Shown in pieces: positions 51,065 to 63,600 of a DNA stretch of 64,000 bases. Numbering within the stretch: position 1 is the stretch's first letter; each line of letters starts with the position of its first letter. A program made the position numbers and the translations under genes. Source of the stretch: Camelus ferus (lineage: Eukaryota); contig NC_045707.1 of the NCBI RefSeq assembly GCF_009834535.1, positions 50,532,001 through 50,596,000 of the forward strand. The letters run 5' to 3'. The notes beneath the pieces are model-generated. The model saw nothing but the letters and a program-made list of their open reading frames with translations. It was not told where the DNA came from and searched no databases.

Positions 51065-51418
51065 CCTACATGAACAACTACACAACATTGATTGAGGAAA
51101 TTAAAGATGACTTAAAGAAATGGAAAGATATCCCATGCTGTTGGATTGGAAGAACTAATACTGTTAAAATGGCCACACTACTGAAAGCAATCTACAGATT
51201 TAATGCAATCCCTGTCAAATTATTCAGGACATTTTTCACAGAACTAGAACAAATAACCCCAAAATTTATATGAAATCACAAAAGACCCAGAATTGCCAAA
51301 GCATAACTGAAGAAAAAGAATGAAGCTGGAGGAATAACCCTCCCAGACTTCAGACAATACTACAAGGTTCAGCTATCAAAACAGCATGGTACTGGCACAA
51401 AAACAGACACATGGATCA
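51065..51418 (+). mobile_element. Internal L1 ORF2 fragment without 3'UTR, tail or TSD
   Basis: [26 protein letters not shown]...AIYRFNAIP; ends at AAAAACAGACACATGGATCA. Confidence 0.9.
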
Positions 51419-54119
51419 GGAAGCAGGGAAGACAATATGGAAGCTACTGCAGCCTCCAGGTAAGATGTGATGCTGCTTTGGATTAGGACTGAGATGAAGG
51501 AAATAGAGTGGACTGGGACAATCTAAGAAAACTTTTGGAAGTTAAATAGGATGGAATTTCTGAATTGGATGCAAGGGATAAAAGGAAGGAAAGAATCAAG
51601 GCTCACTCCTCTGTTTCTGAGTTGGGAAACTAGGAGGCAGTGCAATTTACAGACATGGAGAGAAGACCCAGAATGGAACAGGTTTTTGTTTTTTTTTTCC
51701 TTATTGGAAGCTGGGTGTGGAAATATTTGTTTCAACTGTGAAGAGCTAGAACTGCTGATTAGCCATCCAGGTGGAGACGTCGACCAGGCGGTTAAGGGGC
51801 TCAAGAGAAAAGTCAAGGCCAGAGACAGACATTTTCAGATGCACCATCATATGCATGGTGTTTCAGGCCACTTAGAGAGAAAAAAGGTGTTAAGCTTCAG
51901 CCCCCCACAGCTGAATATCTATAGTTGATTCCAGACCTCTCAGCCAAGCTAAGTAAGAAACAGTGATCAGTGAGGTAGGGAAAAAAACTCATGGTGAGCT
52001 ATGATGTCTGTAATTTATTTTAAAATAACCTCAGCGTAGACCCTGTGACACGACGTATGTGTCATTGGTTACCCTACCCAGGAGTTTCCGGAGAACAGTA
52101 GACTCAATATTTAATTGGAAAAGTCACAATCTGGCGCATCTTTATCTTATGCTGACATGACAGACTCTACTAATATTGGAGGTGGTGTTTCACTGATGAA
52201 ATTAGTAGCTTTTCAATTAGCAAAGGGATGTTTAAAAATGATTTTTCATTATTGAAATTAGTTTTACTTAAGTTACATGAGATGCTTCTCATACACAGGT
52301 TTAAAAAGAATGCGTAATTTTGTACTTGGTGCGTGGAAGGTATATAATAATTTTTGGATGTGTGGGTTTTTTTTTTTTCATTCCTTTGAAGCTAAGATTT
52401 CTTTAAAATTCTTAATTGGTATATAATGTCTAAACCTATCCTTTTAACTGTTCTTTTATCCTAGTACTTCTACTATGTTATTTGCTCTTTCTTTAAAGCA
52501 CTTAAAAAATTTTTGCACAGAGCCTGGAACAAGAATACTTAATGGTAGACCTATCTTTATAATCACCAGGATTAACAAAATGTTTATATATATATATATA
52601 TATTTACATATATATATAATGTAATTTCCTCTCAGAGGTCTATGATTAAATACTTAAAATATTGAAGGAATGTTTGATATCAATTATGGGAGGAAAAACT
52701 TAGAAAAAATTCAGAATAGTGAAGTAGAAGAACAGAAAGAAGAAAAGAAAAAAGTGGTTGGAGGAAGGGAGTAGAATAGAGGACATAACTCGTGTACATG
52801 CCAAATCGGAAATATTTCTGTCAATGGTCGTTTTTGCTACTGGGCCACAGAAATGGACCACATCGGTCCCCGGCGATCTCTAGCGGGGGTAAGGAAGATG
52901 GTTTGCTGGTATTTAACCACACTAAAATATTGCCCCAGGAGAATCTGTTTTTGAAATTTGTAAGAGGTCCAATCACACTGTGGTTTGTGAATTGAACAAA
53001 GTACCCTAGAATGAGCTCTGAAACAGCCCAAATTTTGCAGCTTGACTTGCGTTCTGGTCCAAACTGCCAACAGTAAAAGACAAGCAAAGTACCCCAAATA
53101 CCGCAGAGTAGGCCCTTCAGATAACACTATTTTACTGGTGGAAAATATAAACACTTTTTTGCCCAAATTTCCATTGTGATCAAGGAAAATTTGCTGAGGA
53201 AGCAGTACTAATCTACAGAGAATTGTGAAACTGATGAGAGATTCAAATTACCCACGATTTGCCTTTGAGCCAAAACAAATGCAATATTTAGAAGCTCTTT
53301 CCCATAGGTATCTAAGGCAAGAGGGGAATTTTCACTGTGATACAAAAACTTTTTTTAGGAAAAAGATATTATGATCCTGATAAGAGAAAGCATGTTCTTA
53401 ATCTGTCTCTCTAGAGTACTTACACGAGATGAGCAACTTAATGAGTTGTTGTGTTTTTTTAACCTAAAATAACTCTTCACCCCATACCAACTATCTGCAG
53501 GTTTTCTAATTAGGTGAAGTGAAGTAACGCAGTAATTTAGCCAGATTCTCTGCACAAGTCTTTTCGTTGGATATGTTAACAAGAATTTCTGTACAATAGT
53601 TTGTTTAAAGAATCTTGTTAAAATTTTAGGCCATAAAGGTAAAGCTATTGAGAGTATACAGACATTCTATGTACTCACATAAACCTGTCTGCTTCTCTCT
53701 GGAATAATCTTCTTCTGCTGCCCCATAGGAATGGTCTAAGGGTGTACACATGCAATGTCACAGATTCATTCACAAAAGAAAAGGCACAGTTTTGTTTGTT
53801 GACACTGGTCAGGTTCATAGGTTTATATTAACACTCATTGACAAACCCAAAGGCAAATAAAGAGCAAATGCTCTTTTGTAATATAGATTTTCAGGAAGAA
53901 GATATTATAAGTATCTATGGACAGTTTTAAGACTTACAAGATTTATAATTCACACATATATAAGCTTTATAACATAGTAAATATATGAGTAGTTTCTCAT
54001 AATACTCTTACTGGAGGTGGTTAGCAAGATAATCACATTCCTGAAGAGAAATGCAGCCAATGTGCAGTTTTAAGTCCACGTGGAATTTTCTTCAAAATTT
54101 TATTTCTCTGGTCCTTTTG

Positions 54120-54292
54120 GGAAGCAGCACAAAGTAGTAGCTAAGAGCACTCTGAAGTCATAGTGTTTTCCTAACCCAGTCTATCACCTGCTCACTGTGT
54201 GGTATTGATTAAGTTACTCAACCTCTCTGTGCCTCTGTCTTTACATCTATAATAATATCTAACTCTTGGGGCGTTGGGGAGATTAAATGAGA
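54120..54292 (+). mobile_element. MIR SINE
   Basis: AAGTTACTCAACCTCTCTGTGCCTCTGTCTTTACATCTATAA...GAGATTAAATGAG. Confidence 0.75.
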
Positions 54293-55050
54293 TTTAGGTT
54301 CACAGAGAATTGAGAAGAAGGTACAAAGATTCCCCACATAGCCTCTGACCCCACACATGCACAGCCTCCCCCATAATCAACATTCCCCACCAGAGTGATG
54401 CATTTGCTACTACTGATGAACCTACACTGACACATCATAATCATCCAAAATTCACAGTGTTAAGTTGGGATTCATGCCTGCTATGGTTTTGACCCATGTG
54501 ACATGTATAATGACATCTATCCACCATTACAATATCATACAGAGTAGTTTCACTGCCCTAAGAAACATCTGTGCTTCATCTAGTCAACACTTCTCCCCTC
54601 TAACCTTTGGCAACCACTGATCCTTTTACTGTCTCCATAGCTTTGCCTTTTACAGAATGTCATGTAATTAGAATCATATATTATGTAGCCTTTTCAGACT
54701 GGCTTCTTTTACTTAGTAATAGGCATTTAAGGTTCATATCTTTTCATGTCTTGATAGCTCATTTCTTTTTTTTTCCAGCTTTGTTGAGGTATAATCAACA
54801 AAACTAATATATTTAAAGTGTACAATGTGATGATTTGATATATGTACACATTATAAAAAGCTTCCCAAAATTGAGTTAATTAACACATCCATCACCAAAC
54901 ACAGGAAACTTTTTTTTTGGTGAGAACACTTAAGTTCTACTCTTTTAGCAAATTTCAATTACAGCTTTTCACTGTTAAGTAGGATGTCACCTGTGGGCTT
55001 GTGATACACTGACTTTATTAGGTTGAAGTATGCTCCCTCTACACTCATTT
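54293..55050 (-). mobile_element. Stack of old L1 pieces: L1MC1/2-like 3' end, L1MA-like 3' end (from ~54765), ORF2 fragment
   Basis: TTTAGGTTCACAG...CACATGCACAGCCTCCCCC...GATGAACCTACACTGACACATCAT; GAGAACACTTAAGTTCTACTCTTTTAGCAAATTTCAA. Confidence 0.8.
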
Positions 55051-55269
55051 GGTTGAGAGGTTTTGCCTGCTTCCCCTATGCGGAGCCTGGTTGTATAACA
55101 GCGGAGTGTTCTCATAGCCATTCAAAAAACTGCCTTTTTGTTTGCTAGAATATTATGCAATTCTAAATGCAAGCTCCATTGGCTCTTAGAGTTAATACAT
55201 ACTTTAAAACATACTTATTGACCTCTCAAAGTTGTGGGATAGCTACAAGAGTTTTAAAATCTTCTTTCA

Positions 55270-56349
55270 ACTGAGTTAATGGAATTTTGTTTCAGAAGTT
55301 CACGTGGAAGTATATATTAGAGAGAACAGCCAAAACATTTTAAAAAGAATATTATCCATCTGGATATTTAAATGCATTACTGAGCTGTAGCAGTTAACAA
55401 AAGATGGCATTAGCATAGAAATAGACAGATGATTGATAAAACAGAATAGAGAAACCCAGAAATAGACCCATGCATACTAAGGAATTTAACTATAATAAAG
55501 TTGCATTTTAAATCAGTGAGATGCAGATGTGTTATGAAATAAATGGCATTAGGAAAATTAAACACTAATTAAGAAGAATAGACTGTTAGATCCCTACCTC
55601 ATATCTATATAAATACATTCCAAATTGATAAAAGGGATAAGCAATTTTTAATTGAATAAATGTATTGGAAGAAATATAGAAATAAAATTTTATAATCTCT
55701 AGGATGAAAAAAGTTTCCTAGGCAAGACACAAAACCCTGAATCCAAAAAGGAAGATATTGGCATTTCACCTAAATATAATAATTTTTTAACTAAAGTTAC
55801 CACATACAAATATACTACAAATAAAGTTACAGTTAGCAGGAGTCTAGAAAAATATTTGTCAAAATATAACTGAAAATAATTAACATCCAGGATATGTAAA
55901 GAGTCTCTACAAATTAATGAGAAAAAGTTAAATTATTTACAGAAAGTTTGGCAAATGATAGAAGAAAACAAATGGCAAAAACAACAACAAAATATGAAAA
56001 AAAAAAGATTATCAGCCTTACTTGTAATTAGGGATATGTATATCAAAATATCTATTCAATTAGAATAAACTTGAAAAAAATCAGTGAAAATCTTGTATTT
56101 ATGGGGATACTGGCAAACAATTCCTGTCATCTACTCTTTGCGAAACTGTAAGTTGACAAAGGCTTTTTGTAGGGCAATTAGGAATTATTTTTCAAAATCA
56201 AAATAACACAGATCACTTGCCCAAGAATTCCACTTCTAGTAATCTAGTCTAAAAATAATGCTTATAACATGTCCACAGATATTTCTATAAAGGCATCATT
56301 ATTTATTGAAACAATTGTTTTGTAATTCTAAAAATTTAGAAAACACACC
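55270..56349 (+). mobile_element. Ancient L1M(E) ORF2 3' portion, resuming after the MaLR at 58281
   Basis: AACAGAATAGAGAAACCCAGAAATAGACCCA, TTAGATCCCTACCTCA, AATTCCACTTCTAG. Confidence 0.75.
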
Positions 56350-58280
56350 TATTAAGATAGGATTATGTTTATCTATGATTGACAGAAAACCCCCAAATAA
56401 TAGTATAACAGGGATTTGAACATGATAGTTTATTTCTCCTGCTTGAAATGGCTGGTGTAAACACTCTGTTACTATCAGAGATCTTTCTATCTTGTTGCTC
56501 TGCCATCCTCTATGTGCCTTTTACTTATGGTCCAATGTAACTGCTACAGCTTCAGTTGCTTGATGCATACTGGAATTAGCAGGTAGGAGGAAGGAAAGAG
56601 AAAAGCATGTCCCCTCCAAATAAAAACACTTACTGGATGTTGTTCATATCACTTTCACTTACATACCATTGGCCAGAACTTATCCATAGCCACATGGCCA
56701 CAACTAGATTCAAGGGAAATGATAGGATGTAGTCATTATTCTTGGAATCCATGTGCCCAACTAATAGTTGAAGGTCTATTCCTAAACAATAGGAGAAAAT
56801 TGATTTTGAGGGACTAGTGGTAATCTCTCCCACAGTCTGGCCATTTGTCCACCCAAGTAGTCATTTATATCCTTCTTTGGATATGTAGAACCTTTCCCAA
56901 GAGACACAGCCCCCAAATTCCATACAGTGATGACTACAGTGTCTTTAGATTATGTGCAATCTCACAGTCTGTCAACCGTTAAAATAAAAGGCAAGCTATC
57001 CAGCCCCAAACACATCCTATATATTATGCTGCAGTGGAACATGATAAACACAACAAAAGCGCCAGTTTGGAAAAGAAAAAAATGAGAACCACACAGAGTC
57101 ACTGATCCTTAGTGACAATAAAATACTCTCTGATGGCAGGCTTTTGATCTTCTACTATGGCTGCTGTTATTTTTATCTCTTGTTATAGCTATTGCTTTAG
57201 ATTCTCACTAACTGCTTCAGTTTTTGGGTTAAAACAGTTGGCCTTCTTAACACTTCAAGGGAATACATTATGGTACCCTCAATCAACCTAGATTGCAGGC
57301 CTAGACAGAGAGCACTCACTGAATGGGATTGTATTTCCTTCCATCTCGGCTTTCAGACTGGCTGGCTTTAGACTGTGGACATGACTTTTCCCATAGGACT
57401 TTGTTTAAAGGTGAAAGAAGCAATCAATACACCCTGATAATATTGTCTCTACCACTTCCTTTAATGTTACAGCCATGGTCAGCATATTGTACCATAGGAA
57501 ACAACTGTATTAGATTTTATCTTCAAATAATAAAGTTCATCATCTTTCTAGAATGCAACATCTGAGTTCTCCCCATCATCCATTTGATTACTGAATCAAT
57601 GCCAAATATATGGCTTCTGTTACATGCAGCCCTCAATTTCAAGTTCAAAATTCCTTTGCACTCAATGTCTAGTTACAGATAACAGAAACTACTCTAGCTA
57701 GTTTAAACTAAAAAGGATTTAGTGCAGGAAATTAGGTGCTTGAAAATTATTTGAAGGGCTAAAACAGCAAACTTTATGGTGAATCTCTAGAAATGACTCC
57801 CAGAACACTCCCACAGAATTGTGCCACCAAGCAAGCTTCTGTCTCCACCATGATCAGGAAAATAAAGGAAGCATGTAATATGTTCACACCTCTTCAGCCA
57901 GGATGTAGGGAAGGTAAGGCTGCCACTACATTCCGTTCCAGGATCATTCTCACTTAGACAAGATTCAGTCCAGCAATGTGGATATCAAGCACCCTGCCTC
58001 CTGACATCTATGAAGCTAGGTTCCATGAATATGTCAGAAATTGCTGCTTCATAAAACCAAATACCATAACTAAGCTCACTAGCAGAAACAGCGTAAGTAC
58101 CAGGCTGCATTCCCAATATACGATTGTGTCTGCTCAATGAACACAAAGTCCGTTTGGAACCTAAGTTGTAAAGGAATCTGAGAAAAGTAGTCTGTAACTT
58201 TTCAACCTTTGTCATTCAGTCAAGCGTGTTCCAAGATACTTGAAATGGACTGAAGTGAGTCAGTGTGGAATATCTGCCAT
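56350..58280 (-). mobile_element. MaLR element: LTR (~56350-56833), internal region (~56834-57652), second LTR-like segment (~57653-58280)
   Basis: First LTR MLT1J-like (CACTTACATACCATTGGCCAGAACTT...CACATGGCCACAACTAG); MLT-int-like ends; second segment shares CTAAGTTGTAAAGGAATCTGAGAAAAGTAGT; flanking L1M is contiguous across it. Confidence 0.6.
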
Positions 58281-59150
58281 AGGACCTAAAAGCCCTTCAG
58301 TAAGAGAGGAGCTGAATGAGCGATGGAACATTATGATAAGAAACATTAACATGCTATTAAAAAGAATACATACAATGAAACAGAAAAACTTATAGTCCAC
58401 ATGTCAAGGTTAAATATAAAATCAAGTTATCAGAAAAACTATGTACATGTATATTTAAATGTATATGTATAATTAAATACATGGCAATGTATAGTTATAT
58501 TATGTAAAGGTACAATTGAATAAAATTTAAATGTGTAGAAGACAGAAGTTTGCATAACAAACTATTTATAGTATTGCCTTTGGAAAAGATGGTAAAAAAT
58601 AAAAAGAAAAACAAGTGACAAATGTACATTTTTTCTATCAATACTTCTCTATTGTTTAAATATAAGTAGAAGATAATGGTTTTTTAAATATAATTTTACA
58701 AAGTTAGAAAATTATATATATACTTATAGACATGAAGAGGTATCTATAGTATATTGGTAAACTAGGAAAAGTACATAGCAAATTATTATATTCAATATGA
58801 TCTCATTGAGGAAAAATTGTATCTATTTCCAGTTATATATATGTATACACACATTATTATATATACATATGTGTGTATATCCATATATTATATATGCATA
58901 TGTATGTACATATATACATATAAATATACAATTACACATATGTATTATATATATATTTGTATATACTTACATGCTTATATATACACTTAAAAAGTGGACA
59001 TATATACATCATTTAACAGTGGATACCCTCGGGAATTGGGTTGTATTGAAGATAACTTTCACATTTTCTTATCTACACTTTCATATTATTTGACTTTAAA
59101 ATGAGCATGTAATATTTTTAGATTAAGGACTTACTTTCATAAAATAATAC
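58281..59150 (+). mobile_element. Ancient L1ME-like 3' region with a TA/TG low-complexity tract (~58830-59010)
   Basis: ATATTGGTAAA..GAAAAG, TTAACAGTGGATACC.C, ATGAGCATGTAATATTTT. Confidence 0.6.
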
Positions 59151-59479
59151 AAGTTTTGGTATTTAAAAAATGAAAGCAATGCAGAAAGGAACAAAAGGGA
59201 AAGCAAAAATTAGTTCCAAAATCTACTCCAACTCTTATTCCCCTGAAATAAATGTCAAAATTTGGTGGATAATATTTCAAATATCTTTATATGCCTTTGT
59301 CTATATAAGATAAATATATAGATGGATAAGTAGACAGAAAAAATCTATTTCTGCTAATGTTAGAATAATATATTAAATTTAATTTTACTTGATTTAGGAG
59401 TAAAAATTAGGAATTAAGATAAAAAACAAAGTAATTTTTATACTTCTCAGGTATGTATATATGCAAGCATTATTCCTCT

Positions 59480-61525
59480 TGCAATAAGACGATACTGTAT
59501 TGGAGGTTCTTGCCAGTCCATAAAGATACTAAAAAGTAACAGTTCATTTAAGGATTAGAAAAGAGGAAGTGAATGTCATTATTTCTAATGTGTGATGTGA
59601 TTATCCAAGTAGGGAAACCCACAGACTCTCATCCAAGTAACTAAAAATAATCAAGAGTTTAGTAAATTGGCTGAATGTAATATCAACATACAAAAATCAA
59701 TTAATCAGACATCTGCTTTTGACCATAATGGAGAAACATGGGCTATACGTATTCTTTTGCCATGAAAAATTAGAAAACTGGACAAATGGAGAAACAATTG
59801 TTTTTAGACACTGAAGAACAGGCAGCATGGTGATCCATGAAAGAAAGGAAACAAGTAAATTAAGCCCAACAATCACCCTGGCTTTCTGCCTGGAAGCAAC
59901 ATTCAGACCATGGGTACAGGGAAGGAGAATCCAAATAAGGCTTGGCACTCTCACTTAGTTTAGTAGATGGAGAAAGGAATTCAGGAAAGTTGAGACAGCT
60001 GAAAATTGTGTGACAGAATTTTATAGAAGGAGCTATTAAGAAAAAGAGCTTCAGAAACTGGCACTGAGGTTCCCTGAGTCTTTGCTATATACTAGCCTAT
60101 GCACATGTAGGGTAAAACTCAATGAAGTCAGGTAGAGTTATGAGATGAAAAATCCTCAGGTCCTACACAAGGCAGGAAGACATCTGAGCTCTGACTAGTC
60201 AGTTTAGAGATTCTTCAGACATCAATGAGGCAATCAAGAGACCCCCCCAGAGGGGTCATATCTTTGTTAAAAAAAAATGAAGTATGCCTGGAATGAAAGC
60301 TACTCTAGACACTCTCCATAGAAATGCTTGAAAATAAAAATTAAATAGATTGAATAAATCTTCAAGTAAGTTAATTGCCTACCAGAACAAAGTACAACAC
60401 TCTTTAAAGAAGACATCAAATTATAGATATTCAACAACATAACTTCATAATGTCTAGTACAATAAAAAAAATTACTGTATGTGCAAAGAAGCAGGAAGTG
60501 TAGGACATTATCAGGAGAAAAATGAGTCAATAGAAGCAGATCCAGAAATGACAGGGAGGATAGATTAGCAACCAAGGACACTAAAACAGCTACAGTAAAT
60601 ATGCTCAATATGCTCAGAGATTTAAAAACAAAACAGGAATGATAAAGAGAGGAGTAGAAGCTGCAGAAAAGAATCAAATGAAATGACAATAGAAGAAAAG
60701 AAAGGTATGAAGGTAATTGTAATGAAAAATTCATTGGATGGAATAAAGAGCAAATTAGACTGTGCAGACATAGCAACAGAATCAATCCAAATTGAAGCAC
60801 AGAGAGGAAAAAAAAAAGGCTGACTGCTAATAGACAGAACTCCAGTGACCTGTGGGACAATATCAAGCAGTCTAACATACCTGTATTTGGAGTCTCAGAA
60901 AGAGAAGCAATAAGTGAATTAAGAAAGATCACAAGATGCAAGGTTTAGACAAAGTCAATTTCACTTCTATAAACCAGCAATAAATAGATGTTTAAGTACA
61001 TAAGCATTATTTACAATAGCATAAAAATGTAAAATACTTCAAAATACATTTAGCAAAAGATGTGCACATCCTTCACATTGAAAATTATAAAATATTGCTA
61101 AAAGAACTTGAGACCTAAATAAATGGAGAGCTATACCATACTTACGGACTGGAGGATTTAATATTAAGATGTCAGTTCTCCTCCAATTGGTCTACAGATT
61201 CAACTCCATTTACATGAAACTATAGGAGAGATAATTTTTATTTAAGCTTTAGAAAGCAGATCAGAGGTAACCAGGAGCACACAGGATGATGGACTGTTAA
61301 AGGCACAGGATCTTGTAGTTACATGGGTATGTGCATTTATCAAAAGATATAGAACTGAACATTTGAAATGGGTGCATTTTCTTCCATGTAAATTATACCT
61401 TAATAAAGAGTATTTAAAAATGTCAACTGCATTTCAATATTCTAGTAAAAGTTGGAAACTTAAAAAAAAAAACCCACGTATAATGGCAACTAAAGCTAAA
61501 AATTATCTAGGAAGAAATCTTCTAA
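59480..61525 (+). mobile_element. Old L1 ORF2 (RT region) interrupted by a second, internally deleted old L1 (~59705-61405: 5'UTR, ORF1 remnant, ORF2 piece, 3' end)
   Basis: Host ...ATCAACATACAAAAATCAATT resumes CAACTGCATTTC at ~61415; insert has CAGTGACCTGTGGGACAATATCAAG (ORF1 DLWDNIK), CTAAATAAATGGAGAG (ORF2) and TGTAAATTATACCTTAATAAAG (3' end). Confidence 0.7.
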
Positions 61526-63289
61526 AAGTCTACCACACTTGTGTGTGTGTACATATGTGTATGTATATGTGTTTTCCTATAGTCTATTGACTTATGCTTG
61601 ATTGTATTTTCAGTTATTAGTGTTCTGTTTGTTATGGCCTCTGCACTAGAAAGGGCTTTTATTTCTGTAGTGGATTTTTTTCCCCTTCAATTGCTTTTCC
61701 ATGACTTACAAGTTTCTTTTGCAAATATTCTCATTATCTTATCACATTTTGACTACTTCATTCTTTTAGATTTTTAAAATTCATGTTAGTATGTTATTTT
61801 AACATCTTTGAAATTATGGAGGACAATGTATCTAAACTATTTTTGTCTCTATTTCTTTGCATAAATCTTTATATAATGTAGATCTTTAATTTGCTTTTTA
61901 GTTTATATATACTTCCTGCATTTTTTATAGTATTTCTGTTTAAGATTTGTGTTTTGTTTTGGTTTTCATAATTACTCATTTCAAATTTTATATATATATA
62001 TATATATATATACTTTAAATAGAGTGGGTAGTATAGGGACAATAATCAGGGTTGTTATGACTTTTATTTCTGATTTATTGTTTTGAAACCATCTCACCAA
62101 ATGTTTTATTTCCTTTGCCTGATAGTTCATTTTTCCTCAGTGTTTGATGTTGAAGAAATTTAAATAACTTAAAACAAAGCCCTTAAGTTACAGGATTTTG
62201 ATGCTGAAGTATAGCAATTACTGCTTCACCTCCATAACTTACCCTATTTTCTCAGAAAGTTTCCCTTGTCTAGGGTTATAATTTACAGAGAATGTAAATG
62301 AGGAGGAAATACAGTTTCTCCCATCAGTTCTACTTTCTCTGTCATTATACTGTGTCCAACTGAGTTTATATAATGATATTCCTTACTTCTGTTGTGATTG
62401 AACCATACCTCAAAATCTTATCACTTTAATGAAGATATTTGGATAGGACTGATACTTTTAGGGAAACTGGTTTCCTGCTCAAAGTCTGAAAAATTACATG
62501 CAAGCCCTTAGTTTTGTCCAGTTCAATCCAATTTCAGCGTAGTTGGCCAGAGTATTTTATACATTTTTGTGTGTAGCTAAATCCTTACTAAAATATATAA
62601 ATCAATGCCTCATTCATTGATGACAATATAACTTTTCCTTCTATTTTTTCATTTATTTTTGGGTTTGGTGGGTTCTGGGGAAGGGAACAGGAATAAAAAT
62701 GTCTCTGCCAACCTTCATATGCCAATTTTAAAAATTAACCAACTTTATAAAAAGGAAAAAAGTATACAAAAATAAATTTATACATTAAATATATAGGTTG
62801 GGAGTGGTAACCCCAAAATAGATTAGTTCCTCTTAGATATATCTACCCCTAGATTACATTGCTTAGATATAAATTTCTTGTTTATACCTACTTTAATCTA
62901 AAGTTTTCACAAACAGGGTATCCCTTGACAATGAATGGGCAAGAACAGTAACCAACTAATCTCCAGAAAGTAACTCCAACAGAGACCCAGTTGTTTACAA
63001 GACACTAGAGGACACTAGAATCGAGTGAATAATCAGTGTTAAAAGCCTCCCTTTGTATTTGAATAACTAACCAATTCTCCTTGTGTCACTTATTCCTTCT
63101 TACTTTGTTAGCCTGAGTGATCCTTAAGGAAAATTCTTTTCATTAGTATCTGCCACAATAAGTGAATATACCCTTGAAATGATGATATAGCTCATTTTTT
63201 TAAGGAGCTGACCAATTAATCAGATTCATTTATTGTCAAACCTAGATAATTCATATATAAATCCACTATAACTCATTTTTTATAAACAA

Positions 63290-63600
63290 CAACTGATGTT
63301 ATCATCTCTGGCATCTATTTTCCCCTATGGGTCCTCCTACTTTCCATTGTAGGCATTCAGGGACTCAGGGTGAAAAAGTAGCCAACACTGGAAAGGTAGT
63401 TGGAAGGAAAAGAGAGTCCTGGGGAATCCCAGATTAGCTATTAAATGTTTGGTCTAGAAACTACACACATCGCTTTGGCTCAAAAATCACTAGTCACACA
63501 GCCCCATCCAACCATAAGGGGAGTCAAGAGGTTAATTATACCATTGCCTAGAACTTTGAGAACTAACCTTAATGACTACAGAGTAGATCTTCCAGGAAAA
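63290..63600 (-). mobile_element. Old MaLR LTR fragment
   Basis: CTATTAAATGTTTGGTCTAGAA..ACACACATC...TAGTCACACAGCCCCATCCAAC. Confidence 0.5.

Larger units (their letters stand above)
50290..51980 (-). mobile_element. L2 LINE hosting a nested SINE and an L1 fragment
   Basis: ATTCATTTATTTAGCAAATGCTTATTGAG 3' end; GAGCTGAGACCTGAAG; GCAATGAGAAGCCACTGAAAGG; ATCCAGGTGGAGACGTC. Confidence 0.85.

Noticed and set aside
60300..60941. 213-aa Leu/Phe/Ser-rich ORF
   Set aside because: Antisense reading of an old A-rich L1 ORF1 remnant.
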